A stretch of 64,000 nt of DNA. Origin: Gammaproteobacteria bacterium. Its GTDB lineage: Bacteria; Pseudomonadota; Gammaproteobacteria; Eutrophobiales; Eutrophobiaceae. This document shows, piece by piece, positions 1 through 10,404 of this stretch. How positions within the stretch are numbered: position 1 is the first letter of the stretch; each line of letters opens with the position of its first letter. The position numbers were made by a program, and so were the translations under genes. Below the pieces are notes generated by a model. That model saw only the letters and a list, made by a program, of their open reading frames with translations. It was not told where the DNA came from and searched no databases. Location: the NCBI GenBank assembly GCA_038922795.1, contig JBCKWI010000003.1, positions 5,118-69,117 of the forward strand. The letters are read 5' to 3'.

Positions 1-2
1 GT

Positions 3-233
3 ACCGCCCCCAAATACACCAACCAGGACAAGGTCAACCCCGGTTCATTATTATTATCGGGTGAAATGATGTTGCGTTATATGGGCTGGGTCGAAGCGGC
101 TGATCTCATCACTGCATCCATGGATAAAACCATTGCCGACAAGACGGTGACCTATGATTTTGCCCGTTTGATGGAAGGCGCCAGGGAAGTGAAGTGCAGT
201 GAATTCGGCGATGCCTTGATCAAGAACCTCTGA
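3..233 (+). CDS. icd: NADP-dependent isocitrate dehydrogenase, C-terminal end (5' part outside the window)
   Basis: Frame-3 translation ...[28 protein letters not shown]...[30 protein letters not shown] matches the conserved Icd C-terminus. Stop TGA at 231-233. Confidence 0.9.
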   Translation, partial: TAPKYTNQDKVNPGSLLLSGEMMLRYMGWVEAADLITASMDKTIADKTVTYDFARLMEGAREVKCSEFGDALIKNL

Positions 234-274
234 TATGCACATCTAATTTTTAATCTGAGGTAAACTTAAAGAAA

Positions 275-309
275 CACCCTCTCCCTCCGGGAGAGGGTTG
301 GGGTGAGGG
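275..309. repeat. REP-like nested palindrome (family A: CCCTCTCCC-TCCGGGAG-AGGG plus GGGGTGAGGG) in the icd-aceK intergenic region
   Basis: The inverted repeat ccctctccc/gggagaggg is seen directly. The same unit recurs at about 10407, 47041 and 61793. Confidence 0.8.
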
Positions 310-380
310 AAAAAAGTTTGTTTATCTTGCAACAATTGAATTTTCATCAGTAATGATCACTTAGTTCAGGCAACGCCAAT

Positions 381-2144
381 ATGTCAAAAAAGCCGGACAA
401 AGAACTGATTGCTGAGTGTTCTCAGATCATCTACGACAACTTTGTCCGTTATAACAGTGCCTTTCACAAGATGACGCGCCGCGCGCAGACGCGGTTTGAA
501 CAGCGTGACTGGAAAGGACATCAGGAAGATATCGTCGAGCGTGTCTATCTCTATGAAAAATCAGTCCGACGCGTTGTCCTGCTGTTACGCCGGACCATGG
601 GTGCACGGGTCAGTGATCATGCGCTGTGGAATGAGATCCGCACCTATTTCGGCAACCGCCTGAGTAAAGTGCCGGATGCCGGTTTCATCAAGACCTTCTT
701 CAATTCCGTTACCCGCCGCATTTTTGATACGGTTGGGATCGACCCACAACTGGAATTTGTTTCCTCAAGTCTTGAAGAAGACATCGAGATGGCCAAATCC
801 CTGAACTTGCGCCGCTATCCCTACTGGGGATCAGTTGAAAAAATATTCGAAACCATCCTGGAAGAATTCTATTTCCGGGTGCCCTATTCGGATGTCACTG
901 TCAACGCCACCCGCATCGCGGATGAAATTGAAAAATTCATGCAAACACAACCTGATCAACATGACGATGAGTTCCTGCGCTTTGAATTCATAGATACATT
1001 TTTTTATCAGTCCGCGCGTGCCTACATGATCGGCCGCATCATCATGAAGAAAGGGATATTGCCAATCGTGATTGCTTTCAAAAACACCGATAACGGCATC
1101 GATGTCGATGCCGTGTTCCTGGATGAGGATGAAGTCAGCATCGTCTTCAGTTATACCCGTTCCTATTATTTCGCCGATCCGAATTCAGTCGTTGGCACCG
1201 TGCATTTCATCCACTCCATCCTGCCGAGGAAACCGATTGATGAACTCTACACCGTGCTGGGGCGGCTGCGGCAAGGCAAGACCGAACGCTATCGTACATT
1301 TTTCAAACATCTCGAAAAAACCAAAGATAAATTTGTACATGCCGAAGGTGACAAGGGTCTGGTCATGATCGTCTTCACCCTGCCGTCCTACGATCTGGTC
1401 TTCAAGGTCATGCGGGACAAGTTCGGTTATCCCAAAACCATCAGTCATGCCAATGTCGTGGAAAAATACAAAATGGTCTCCAGGCATGACCGGGCCGGCA
1501 GATTGATTGATACCCAGGACTTCCGGAACATGGAATTCCCCATCAACCGCTTCTCCAGGGAACTGCTTGATGAACTCCTGAATGAAGCCGCACAGACAGT
1601 AAGCATCGTTGATGATAACCTGCTTTTCAGCCGCGTTTATGTTGAACGCCGCGTCAGGCCGCTTAACCTTTATATCAACAACGTGGGCCGTAATGAGGCA
1701 CAATTGGCCATTCTCGATTATGGCCAGTGCATCAAGGACCTGGCACAAACCAATATCTTCCCGGGCGATCTGCTGCTGAAGAACTTCGGGGTCACGCGCC
1801 ACCGCCGTGTAATCTTTTATGACTACGATGAAGTCACGCTGGTGACAGAATGTAATTTCAGGGACATTCCGGAAGCAGAAGATGATATAGACGAACTGCG
1901 TTCAGACACCTGGTATTACGTTGGTGAACACGATATCTTCCCGGAAGAATTCATCAAGTTCCTGTCCATGGACCAGGAACTGCAATCGCTATTCCTCGAA
2001 GTCCACGGTGATCTGCTCACCGCCGACTACTGGCGTGATATCCAGGCCAAACACAGGGCGGGCGAAGTTTCGGTAGTCGTCCCCTATTTCCGTCCGGCAT
2101 TGCCGCAGAAGCAATTGTCACAATCCTTAACTAAATCTGCCTGA
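381..2144 (+). CDS. aceK: isocitrate dehydrogenase kinase/phosphatase
   Basis: 587-aa ORF. Motifs throughout match AceK (FEQRDW, SARAYMIGRI, ERYRTFFKHLE, RHDRAGRLIDTQDF, FPGDLLLKNFGVTRH, VIFYDYDE). Confidence 0.93.
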   Translation: MSKKPDKELIAECSQIIYDNFVRYNSAFHKMTRRAQTRFEQRDWKGHQEDIVERVYLYEKSVRRVVLLLRRTMGARVSDHALWNEIRTYFGNRLSKVPDAGFIKTFFNSVTRRIFDTVGIDPQLEFVSSSLEEDIEMAKSLNLRRYPYWGSVEKIFETILEEFYFRVPYSDVTVNATRIADEIEKFMQTQPDQHDDEFLRFEFIDTFFYQSARAYMIGRIIMKKGILPIVIAFKNTDNGIDVDAVFLDEDEVSIVFSYTRSYYFADPNSVVGTVHFIHSILPRKPIDELYTVLGRLRQGKTERYRTFFKHLEKTKDKFVHAEGDKGLVMIVFTLPSYDLVFKVMRDKFGYPKTISHANVVEKYKMVSRHDRAGRLIDTQDFRNMEFPINRFSRELLDELLNEAAQTVSIVDDNLLFSRVYVERRVRPLNLYINNVGRNEAQLAILDYGQCIKDLAQTNIFPGDLLLKNFGVTRHRRVIFYDYDEVTLVTECNFRDIPEAEDDIDELRSDTWYYVGEHDIFPEEFIKFLSMDQELQSLFLEVHGDLLTADYWRDIQAKHRAGEVSVVVPYFRPALPQKQLSQSLTKSA

Positions 2145-2329
2145 TTTTTTTATTAAAAATTGTGTCTGCCGCCGGTTGTTTGCACTGGTCAAAAATTAAG
2201 TACATGGATGTTCAAATGTCGCTGGCGCAGGATGCGCATGAGCGACTAAATCACTCCGGCACTGACGAATCCCCGGAAAACCTGTATATCAATAAAAAAT
2301 GCTTGCGCTATTAAAGCAATAAGTCATTA

Positions 2330-4135
2330 ATGTTTGATTACCGGATAATGAAAATGGCAAAAAAAGAAAAAACATCAAAACAGAACCTCACGGTCAGTCT
2401 GGACAAGAATGATCTGGACGAAATATTCGAAGAAGTCGAAAAAAGTCAACTACGAAAAAAGAATAAAAAGAAAACCGAAAAACAGGAACCGTTGGAGAAA
2501 CAGCTTTGGAAAGCGGCGGGTAAACTGCGCAAGAACATTGACGCCGCCGAATACAAGCATATTGTGCTTGGCCTGATCTTTCTGAAATACATCTCCGACG
2601 CCTTCGAAGAATTATTCAACAAGCTGCAAGCGGGTAAAGGTGACTATGCCGGGGCCGACCCGGAAGACAAGGATGAGTACAAGGCCGAGAATGTCTTCTT
2701 CGTACCACCCACAGCGCGTTGGTCATTTCTGTTATCCAAAGCCAAACAACCTGAGATTGGCAAGTTTGTCGATGAGGCGATGGATGCCATTGAAAAGGAA
2801 AACGCCTCATTAAAAGGAGTGCTGCCAAAAGTCTTTGCACGGCAAAACCTCGATCCCGCCAGTTTGGGTGGATTAATCGATCTGGTCGGTAATATTGCGT
2901 TAGGTGATGCCAAGGCCAGAAGTGCCGATGTACTCGGCCATGTGTTTGAATATTTCCTCGGGGAATTTGCACTGGCTGAAGGCAAACAAGGCGGACAATT
3001 CTATACACCGCGCAGTATTGTTGAATTACTGGTGGAAATGCTGGGACCCTACAAAGGCCGGGTGTTCGATCCCTGTTGCGGCTCCGGCGGTATGTTCGTG
3101 CAATCGGAAAAATTCGTGGCCGAACATCAGGGCAAGATCAATGACATCTCCATCTACGGACAGGAAAGCAACCAGACCACATGGCGGCTGTGCAAAATGA
3201 ACCTTGCCATTCGTGGTCTTGACAGTTCACAGGTGAAATGGAACAACGAGGGATCATTTTTAAATGATGGTCACAAGGATTTGAAAGCCGATTTTGTCAT
3301 TGCCAATCCACCGTTTAATGACAGCGACTGGAGCGGTGAACTCCTGCGCACCGATGGCCGCTGGCAATATGGTGCGCCACCCACGGGCAATGCCAACTTT
3401 GCCTGGTTGCAACATTTTGTTTATCACCTCTCCCCCACCGGCCAGGCCGGTGTAGTGCTGGCAAAAGGGGCTTTAACCTCTAAAACCTCCGGCGAAGGTG
3501 AAATCAGAAGGCGTTTAATCGAAGAAGGCAACCTGATTGATTGCATTGTTAATCTCCCCGCCAAACTGTTTTTAAATACCCAGATCCCGGCAGCGTTGTG
3601 GTTCATGAGCCGTAATCGCAAAGGCACCTCTCCCGCCGGAAGAGGCGGGGGTGAGGGATTCCGTAACCGCAGCAATGAAATCCTCTTTATCGATGCCCGC
3701 AATATGGGTCATTTGATCAATCGCCGTACCCGTGAGCTTTCCCATGAAGATACCAAACACATTGCCAACACCTACCATACATGGAGAAACAACCACTCTC
3801 CCTCCAAAACGCATCGTCATTCCGGCCAAGCGAAGCGTGAGCCGGAATCCAGTAAAAATACCAACACACATCGTCATTCCGCACTTGATGCGGAATCCAG
3901 TCAATTAATCTATCAAGACATTCCCGGCTTCTGCGCTTCAGTCTCCCTGGATCGTGTAAAAGAACTGGACTACGTATTAACTCCAGGCCGTTATGTGGGG
4001 TTACCGGATAATGACGATGATTTTAATTTCAAGGAACGATTCACATCACTCAAAGCCGAGTTTGAACAGCAGTTAAAAGATGAAGCGAAACTCAATAAAA
4101 TTATTGCTGAGAATCTAGCGAGGGTGAAGGTGTGA
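2330..4135 (+). CDS. hsdM: type I restriction-modification system, DNA methyltransferase subunit M
   Basis: It has the HsdM N-terminal domain ([32 protein letters not shown]), the SAM motif ([11 protein letters not shown]) and the catalytic NPPF ([11 protein letters not shown]). The real start is probably ATG 2348 or 2354 (MKMAKK/MAKK). It carries an in-frame 123-nt palindromic repeat insertion near the 3' end. Confidence 0.92.
   Translation: MFDYRIMKMAKKEKTSKQNLTVSLDKNDLDEIFEEVEKSQLRKKNKKKTEKQEPLEKQLWKAAGKLRKNIDAAEYKHIVLGLIFLKYISDAFEELFNKLQAGKGDYAGADPEDKDEYKAENVFFVPPTARWSFLLSKAKQPEIGKFVDEAMDAIEKENASLKGVLPKVFARQNLDPASLGGLIDLVGNIALGDAKARSADVLGHVFEYFLGEFALAEGKQGGQFYTPRSIVELLVEMLGPYKGRVFDPCCGSGGMFVQSEKFVAEHQGKINDISIYGQESNQTTWRLCKMNLAIRGLDSSQVKWNNEGSFLNDGHKDLKADFVIANPPFNDSDWSGELLRTDGRWQYGAPPTGNANFAWLQHFVYHLSPTGQAGVVLAKGALTSKTSGEGEIRRRLIEEGNLIDCIVNLPAKLFLNTQIPAALWFMSRNRKGTSPAGRGGGEGFRNRSNEILFIDARNMGHLINRRTRELSHEDTKHIANTYHTWRNNHSPSKTHRHSGQAKREPESSKNTNTHRHSALDAESSQLIYQDIPGFCASVSLDRVKELDYVLTPGRYVGLPDNDDDFNFKERFTSLKAEFEQQLKDEAKLNKIIAENLARVKV
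3813..3901. repeat. Two small palindromic units (catcgtcattccggc...gccggaatccagt and catcgtcattccgca...tgcggaatccagt) inserted in frame inside hsdM
   Basis: Direct reading. Tandem units have ATTCCGG..CCGGAAT / ATTCCGCA..TGCGGAAT stems. Other HsdM proteins run ...YHTWR...YxDIPGFC... without the about 41 aa [41 protein letters not shown]. Confidence 0.7.
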
Positions 4136-5268
4136 GTGGGTGGAGAGAATATAAACTTATAGAGATTACTGAGCCAGTAAAGGAAACATACTTACCAACT
4201 GCTTCAGAAGAACTAGATTACATTGGGCTAGAGCATATCGGACAAGAAAGTTTACGATTAATAGCTATAGGTAAATCATCAGATGTGACAAGTAATAAAT
4301 TTCTATTTAGAGAGAACGATGTTCTTTTTGGGAAACTTCGACCTTATTTTAGAAAAATAATTAAGGCAAAATATTTTGGTATATGCTCAACAGATATTTG
4401 GGTTTTCAGGGCAAAAAAAGGATTTTCACAAGATTTTTTATTTTATTTTCTTGCAAACTGGGATTTTGTTGATACTGCTAATGGCGGTGAAGGTGGATCT
4501 CGAATGCCCAGAGCAGATTGGAACTTCCTTAAATCTACATTATGGAATGTTCCAGATCATACTGAGCAAAAAGCCATCGCATCAGTCCTCAGCAGTCTGG
4601 ATGACAAAATCGACCTGCTTCACCGCCAGAATAAAACTCTCGAAGCCATGGCTGAAACCCTGTTCAGACAATGGTTCATCGAAGAAGCAAGAGAAGATTG
4701 GCAGGAAAAACCTCTAAGCAAAATTGCAAATTTTTTGAATGGTCTTGCTTGTCAAAAATATCCTCCAAAAAACGAAATTGATAAATTACCCGTATTAAAA
4801 ATAAAAGAACTAAGCAGTGGTATATCTGATTCATCTGATTGGGCAACAACTGACGTAAAACCTGAATATGTTATTGAGAATAGCGATGTGATTTTTGCGT
4901 GGTCAGCATCCCTTATGGTTAAGATTTGGGATGGAGATAAATGTATCTTGAACCAACATTTATTTAAAGTTAGCTCTACTGAATATCCAAAATGGTTTTA
5001 TTATTGGTGGTGCAAACATCATCTGGAAGAATTCATATCGATATCTGCGAGTCATGCAACAACTATGGGCCATATCAAGCGAGGTGACTTGGATGTGGCT
5101 ATGGTGCTGATTCCAAAGGAAAGCGAGTTCAAATCTATCAATTCACAAATGGAACCATTACTCGATAAGCAAATAGAAAACTCTAAACAAATTCAAATCC
5201 TCGAAAAACTCCGCGATACATTATTACCTAAACTCATGAGCGGCGAAATTAGAGTCAAGATAAATTAA
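4132..5268 (+). CDS. hsdS: type I R-M specificity subunit S
   Basis: Its ATG overlaps the hsdM stop (ATGA). Two AT-rich target-recognition domains flank a GC-richer conserved central region (...[37 protein letters not shown]...), and a C-terminal conserved helix ([17 protein letters not shown]) is present. Confidence 0.88.
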   Translation: MSGWREYKLIEITEPVKETYLPTASEELDYIGLEHIGQESLRLIAIGKSSDVTSNKFLFRENDVLFGKLRPYFRKIIKAKYFGICSTDIWVFRAKKGFSQDFLFYFLANWDFVDTANGGEGGSRMPRADWNFLKSTLWNVPDHTEQKAIASVLSSLDDKIDLLHRQNKTLEAMAETLFRQWFIEEAREDWQEKPLSKIANFLNGLACQKYPPKNEIDKLPVLKIKELSSGISDSSDWATTDVKPEYVIENSDVIFAWSASLMVKIWDGDKCILNQHLFKVSSTEYPKWFYYWWCKHHLEEFISISASHATTMGHIKRGDLDVAMVLIPKESEFKSINSQMEPLLDKQIENSKQIQILEKLRDTLLPKLMSGEIRVKIN

Positions 5269-5269
5269 C

Positions 5270-6769
5270 ATGGACGGGATATTCATAAATAAAATCAATA
5301 TTAAAAATTACAAATGTTTTGTTGATCAGGATATCAATTTCAGCGTTCCTGACGGTAAAACACTTGGTAGCGGCCTGAACATTTTAATTGGCGAGAACGG
5401 AGTTGGTAAAACAGCTGTGCTTGAAGGATTCAACATGTTGACACAGACATATTTTACTCTTGAAAATCGATTGGATATTCGAGATTTCAACGATTTCAAA
5501 AAAGAAATTCAAATCACGGCCCAGACTGAAGAATTTAGGTGCAAGATGCCTTATCCGGGCAATTATTTTATTTCCAATGGCCTTGAGATAACAGCAAAAA
5601 ATAGAGACAGAAAAGCATCTGGGAAATTATTGTCCTCTTCATTCTCTACATCTTCTTCGTTCATGCCCACAACAGAGTATTACTTCAACTCAAAAGGTGA
5701 ACCATCAAAGAACCTGATTCCCCTTTATACAATGTATAAGGATGACACCATTGAGGGAGACGGAATAAACATTTTTTATTTTGATAAGAACAGAACAAGA
5801 CAATTGTCATCTGGCACTTATAAAACAACGTTTGAACGTATATGCGACGACTTGAATTGGAGATTTAATAAAGAATTAACTCCTGAATTAATAGATACAG
5901 TGCTTGAAAATATATCAGGCGAATATTTTAAAACTGTCAGAGAGAACGCCCAAAAAGGAATTGGACAAAAAATAGCTGATGAATTAGCTAGCTTTTTTAA
6001 TTCAGAATCATACAAAAACCTAAAAATAGAACTTCTAAATCTTTTACACCCTTACACAGATGCGTTTTTTGCAGTAAGAGAGGAATCTGACTTAAAGCAA
6101 ATAAAAACAAAAGATCTTGGTTCAGGAGTCGAGATGATCCTTACTCTTTTACTGCTTAAAAATATAGCAAGCCAATCAAAAGGCAGTATTATTTTCCTAA
6201 TTGATGAACCTGAATTGCATCTCCATCCAAAAGCACAAGATAAATTAATGGAGTTATTGTTGGATGAGTCGATTGATAAACAAATTATATTAAGTTCTCA
6301 TTCGCCTTACATTTTCAGGAATTGTCTTGATAAAGCTGGCTCTATCATAGTAATGAATAAAGCAGCTAATTTTTCTATAAATTTTCATTATGCTCAGAAA
6401 AATGAATGGGGGCTATTCCCTTGGAGTCCCTCTTGGGGAGAAATTAATTTCTTGGCATTGAATTTGCCAACAGTTGAATTTCATAATGAATTATACGGTA
6501 GGTTACAAGAAATATCGGGACAGAATAGAATAGAAAACTTTGATAAGTGGTTGAATGAAAAATTTGGAATCCCATTAATTTCTTCATGGATAAGACTTAA
6601 TAATGGCGTAGCTGGAAATACTGATACCGTATCTCTTCAAACATATATTAGGCATTCTATACATCATCCTGAAAATAATTTAAATAAACCATTTACAGTT
6701 GATGAATTATCTCAATCTATTCAGAAGATGATCCATGTCTTAAGAAAGCTCAATGACCAAAATCACTGA
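5270..6769 (+). CDS. ABC/OLD-like AAA ATPase (AAA_15/AAA_21-type) embedded in the hsd operon; putative anti-phage/Abi accessory protein
   Basis: Walker A is GENGVGKT and Walker B plus D-loop is IIFLIDEPELHLHPKAQ, with H-loop LSSHSP. It is AT-rich. It starts 1 nt after the hsdS stop and overlaps the hsdR start by 17 nt. No TOPRIM or HNH domain was recognised in the C-terminal about 150 aa. Confidence 0.7.
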   Translation: MDGIFINKINIKNYKCFVDQDINFSVPDGKTLGSGLNILIGENGVGKTAVLEGFNMLTQTYFTLENRLDIRDFNDFKKEIQITAQTEEFRCKMPYPGNYFISNGLEITAKNRDRKASGKLLSSSFSTSSSFMPTTEYYFNSKGEPSKNLIPLYTMYKDDTIEGDGINIFYFDKNRTRQLSSGTYKTTFERICDDLNWRFNKELTPELIDTVLENISGEYFKTVRENAQKGIGQKIADELASFFNSESYKNLKIELLNLLHPYTDAFFAVREESDLKQIKTKDLGSGVEMILTLLLLKNIASQSKGSIIFLIDEPELHLHPKAQDKLMELLLDESIDKQIILSSHSPYIFRNCLDKAGSIIVMNKAANFSINFHYAQKNEWGLFPWSPSWGEINFLALNLPTVEFHNELYGRLQEISGQNRIENFDKWLNEKFGIPLISSWIRLNNGVAGNTDTVSLQTYIRHSIHHPENNLNKPFTVDELSQSIQKMIHVLRKLNDQNH

Positions 6770-9700
6770 AAATACTATCGAAGACTTTGCCATCGAGTTA
6801 TTCGAAGCTCTCGGTTATGACTATGTGTATGCACCGGATATCGCGCCTGATGGTGATGAGCCGGAGCGCAAAATTTACGAAGACGTATTACTGATTGGCA
6901 GATTGCAGAACGCCATTCGCCGGATTAACCCTTCCATATCGGGTGATGCCCAACTAGAGGCATTAAAAGAAATTCAACGTATTCATTCCCCGGAATTATT
7001 AACCAACAATGAGACTTTTCATCGGCTTCTGACTGAAGGCGTGAATATCAGCTATCAGCAGGATGGCAACCAACGCGGCGATCTGGTGTGGCTGGTTGAT
7101 TTCAAAAATCCGGAAAACAATGAATTTTTGGTGGCGAATCAATTCACGGTCATTGAAAACGGCCAGAACAAACGCCCGGACATCATCCTGTTTGTGAATG
7201 GTATTCCTTTGGTGGTGATCGAGTTAAAGAATGCCGCCGATGAAAATACAACTATCCTTTCCGCCTTCAAACAATTGCAAACCTATAAGGAAACGATCTC
7301 CAGCCTGTTTACCTACAATGGCTTGATGGTGATTTCTGATGGGCTGGAAGCCAAGGCAGGTTCATTGTCTGCGGGCTTCAGCCGGTTTATGACCTGGAAA
7401 TCAGCCGATGGGAAGGCCGAAGCCTCGCCCTTGATCAGCCAACTGGAAACCCTAATCAAGGGCATGTTGAACAAGCACACCTTGCTGGATTTGATTCGTC
7501 ATTTTATCGTTTTTGAAAAGTCCAAAAAGGAAGATCTCAAAACCGGTGTCACCACCATTTCCACCGTCAAAAAGCTGGCTGCTTATCATCAATACTATGC
7601 CGTGAACCGTGCAGTAGAATCAACTTTGCGTGCCGCTGGTTATATTTGTGAAGATACTGGCGGAAAGAACATCATGGAGTCGCCGGAAAGTTATGGTTTA
7701 CCGGGGGTAAAAGCCCAACCCGCAGGCGACAAGAAAGGTGGTGTGGTCTGGCATACACAAGGCAGTGGCAAGTCTCTATCCATGGTGTTTTATACCGGCA
7801 AGATTGTATTGATGATGGATAACCCCACCGTGGTGATGATTACCGACCGTAATGATCTGGATGATCAGCTTTTCGATACCTTTGCCGCCTCCGCGCAATT
7901 ATTAAGACAGGAACCGAAACAGGTTGAAGATCGGAAACAACTCAAGGAATTATTAAAAGTGGCCTCCGGCGGCGTGATCTTTACCACCATCCAGAAATTC
8001 CAGCCTGAAGAAGGCAATATCTACGAAGAACTCTCTGCACGTAAAAACATAGTGGTTATCGCGGATGAAGCACACCGCACCCAATATGGTTTCAAGGCAA
8101 AGACCATCGACGAGAAAAATAAGCAGGGTGATGTGGTTGGCAAGAAGATTGTTTATGGTTTTGCCAAGTACATGCGCGATGCCCTGCCCAATGCGACTTA
8201 TTTAGGGTTTACCGGCACTCCGATTGAAAAAACGGATATCAACACGCCCGCCGTGTTCGGCAATTACATTGATATTTACGATATTGCCCAGGCGGTGGAA
8301 GACGGCGCCACGGTACGCATTTATTATGAAAGCCGGTTGGCCAAGGTCAATCTCAGTGAGGAAGGTAAAAAGCTGATCGCTACGCTGGATGAAGAACTGG
8401 ATCAGGATGAGCTCACCGAGACCCAGAAGGCCAAGTCGAAATGGACGCAACTTGAGGCATTGGTTGGCAGTGAAAACCGCATCAAAAAGATTGCTCAGGA
8501 TATCGTCACTCACTTTGAACAACGTCAGGCCGTGTTTGAAGGCAAAGTTATGATCGTCGCTATGTCGCGCAGGATTGCCGTGGATTTGTATGAAGCGATT
8601 ATCAAGCTGAAACCTGACTGGCATTCTGATGATTTGAGTAAAGGGAAAATCAAGGTAGTGATGACAGCGGCTTCATCTGATGGCCCGAAGATGGCCAAAC
8701 ATCACACCACCAAAGAGCAACGCAAGGCACTGGCCGAGCGCATGAAGGCCAATGATGATGAGTTAAAGCTGGTGATTGTGCGGGATATGTGGCTGACGGG
8801 GTTTGACGCGCCAAGTATGCACACGCTTTATATCGACAAACCCATGAAAGGACACAACCTGATGCAGGCGATTGCACGGGTCAACCGTGTTTACATAGAC
8901 AAACCCGGTGGGTTGGTTGTGGATTATTTAGGAATCGCGGCTGATCTTAAAGAGGCTTTGTCATTTTATTCCGATGCAGGTGGCAAGGGTGATCCAACTA
9001 TTCTTCAGGAACAGGCAGTGCAATTGATGCTGGAAAAACTGGAAGTGGTTGCAGGTATGTATCATGGTTTTCCTTATGAGGAATATTTTGAGGCAGATAC
9101 TTCCAGAAAGCTCTCGCTGATTCTTGCCGCAGAGGAACATATTCTAGGTATTGAAGATGGCAAGAAGCGTTATATCAATGAAGTCACTGCGTTGTCGCAG
9201 GCATTTGCAATTGCCATTCCCCATGCACAAGCCATGGACGTTAAGGATGAAGTGGCATTCTTTCAGGCTGTTAAAGCGCGATTGGTGAAGTTTGACAGTA
9301 CCGGATCAGGAAAAACAGATGAAGCGATAGAAACCACCATTCGCCAGGTGATTGATCAGGCATTGGTGTCTGAACAGGTCATTGATGTGTTTGATGCTGC
9401 CGGTATCAAAAAGCCGGACATTTCGATTCTTTCAGAAGAATTCCTGTTGGAATTGAAAGGAATGAAACACAAAAATATCGCGCTGGAGGTGTTAAAGAAA
9501 CTGCTCAATGATGAAATCAGGGCGCGGGCCAAGAAGAATCTGGTAAAGAGCAAATCCTTAATGGAAATGCTGGAAACCGCAATCAAAAAATACCATAACA
9601 AGATATTGACGGCTGCGGAAGTAATCAATGAGCTTATTATACTGAGCAAGGAAATTGTAAAGATGGACAGCGAAGCCGCGGCTCTGGGCCTGTCTGATTT

Positions 9701-9986
9701 TGAATATGCTTTTTATACTGCTGTTGCCGATAATGACAGCGCTAGAGAATTAATGGCGGTAGCCAAACTCAGGGAATTGGCGGTTGTGCTCACAGAAAGA
9801 GTCCGGCAAAACGCTTCAATTGACTGGACAATTAAAGAAAGCGTGAAGGCCAAACTGAAAGTAATTGTAAAGAGAACTCTACGGCAATACGGTTATCCGC
9901 CTGATATGCAAAAACTCGCGACTGAAACTGTACTAAAACAAGCGGAAATGATTGCGGATGAACTGGCACATACAGAATCAATCTAG
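6753..9986 (+). CDS. hsdR: type I restriction enzyme R subunit (helicase/endonuclease)
   Basis: 1077 aa. It has the HsdR N-terminal nuclease region (MTKITENTIEDFAIELFEALGYDY...), DEAD-box helicase motifs (VVWHTQGSGKS; VVIADEAHRTQ; LGFTGTPI) and a C-terminal HsdR domain. Confidence 0.93.
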   Translation: MTKITENTIEDFAIELFEALGYDYVYAPDIAPDGDEPERKIYEDVLLIGRLQNAIRRINPSISGDAQLEALKEIQRIHSPELLTNNETFHRLLTEGVNISYQQDGNQRGDLVWLVDFKNPENNEFLVANQFTVIENGQNKRPDIILFVNGIPLVVIELKNAADENTTILSAFKQLQTYKETISSLFTYNGLMVISDGLEAKAGSLSAGFSRFMTWKSADGKAEASPLISQLETLIKGMLNKHTLLDLIRHFIVFEKSKKEDLKTGVTTISTVKKLAAYHQYYAVNRAVESTLRAAGYICEDTGGKNIMESPESYGLPGVKAQPAGDKKGGVVWHTQGSGKSLSMVFYTGKIVLMMDNPTVVMITDRNDLDDQLFDTFAASAQLLRQEPKQVEDRKQLKELLKVASGGVIFTTIQKFQPEEGNIYEELSARKNIVVIADEAHRTQYGFKAKTIDEKNKQGDVVGKKIVYGFAKYMRDALPNATYLGFTGTPIEKTDINTPAVFGNYIDIYDIAQAVEDGATVRIYYESRLAKVNLSEEGKKLIATLDEELDQDELTETQKAKSKWTQLEALVGSENRIKKIAQDIVTHFEQRQAVFEGKVMIVAMSRRIAVDLYEAIIKLKPDWHSDDLSKGKIKVVMTAASSDGPKMAKHHTTKEQRKALAERMKANDDELKLVIVRDMWLTGFDAPSMHTLYIDKPMKGHNLMQAIARVNRVYIDKPGGLVVDYLGIAADLKEALSFYSDAGGKGDPTILQEQAVQLMLEKLEVVAGMYHGFPYEEYFEADTSRKLSLILAAEEHILGIEDGKKRYINEVTALSQAFAIAIPHAQAMDVKDEVAFFQAVKARLVKFDSTGSGKTDEAIETTIRQVIDQALVSEQVIDVFDAAGIKKPDISILSEEFLLELKGMKHKNIALEVLKKLLNDEIRARAKKNLVKSKSLMEMLETAIKKYHNKILTAAEVINELIILSKEIVKMDSEAAALGLSDFEYAFYTAVADNDSARELMAVAKLRELAVVLTERVRQNASIDWTIKESVKAKLKVIVKRTLRQYGYPPDMQKLATETVLKQAEMIADELAHTESI

Positions 9987-10153
9987 AAATTTTCGATTAA
10001 TTTCAGTTGTTGCCATAACCATTTTTTACAGGCTATTATCAATCTGTGCAGTGTATGTGAGCGATACAGGGAAGTGAGGCTCCCTAAGAAACAACCACTT
10101 TACAGAGGGGTTTTTATTATCCAACATTGGCGTTAGCCCGAGAGATAACGGAA

Positions 10154-10307
10154 GATGAAGAAAAAAATCAAATATACTGACGATCCACCAGATGGAGAAC
10201 CAATCGGAGAACTTATTCCAATCCCGGATTTTCTTCCTCCCCCTGAAAAACTGGTATTCAAGAAAGACCCTTCATTGAAGAAGCCCAGTCCTTCCAGGAA
10301 AAAGTAA
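10154..10307 (+). pseudogene. 51-codon ORF resembling the N-terminus of a BrnA/CopG-family antitoxin, apparently truncated by the downstream repeat cluster
   Basis: MKKKIKYTDDPPDGEPIGELIPIPDFLPPPEKLVF... resembles my memory of BrnA-like antitoxin N-termini, and then runs into repeats. No partner toxin is present upstream. It is below the 60-aa ORF cutoff. Confidence 0.25.
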
Positions 10308-10404
10308 GCAGAACATTTAGTGTCCCCTTCGGGGATGGTGGAAACCCCTCGCCTTCAGGCGAAGCAAGCTAGTGCGACATGTTCGCGTAGCGAACCTGAG
10401 CGTA

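Noticed and set aside
1185-1802. 205-aa minus-strand ORF inside aceK, and similar nested ORFs inside hsdM, hsdR, carB, ftsH, glmM and others
   Set aside because: They are fully contained in confidently assigned genes on the other strand or frame. They show no family similarity. Typical shadow ORFs.
5270-6769. ATPase as a fused PARIS AriA-AriB or full OLD nuclease
   Set aside because: The protein is only 499 aa. The C-terminal about 150 aa shows no TOPRIM (E...DxD) or HNH motifs on reading. Kept as an ATPase-only accessory protein.
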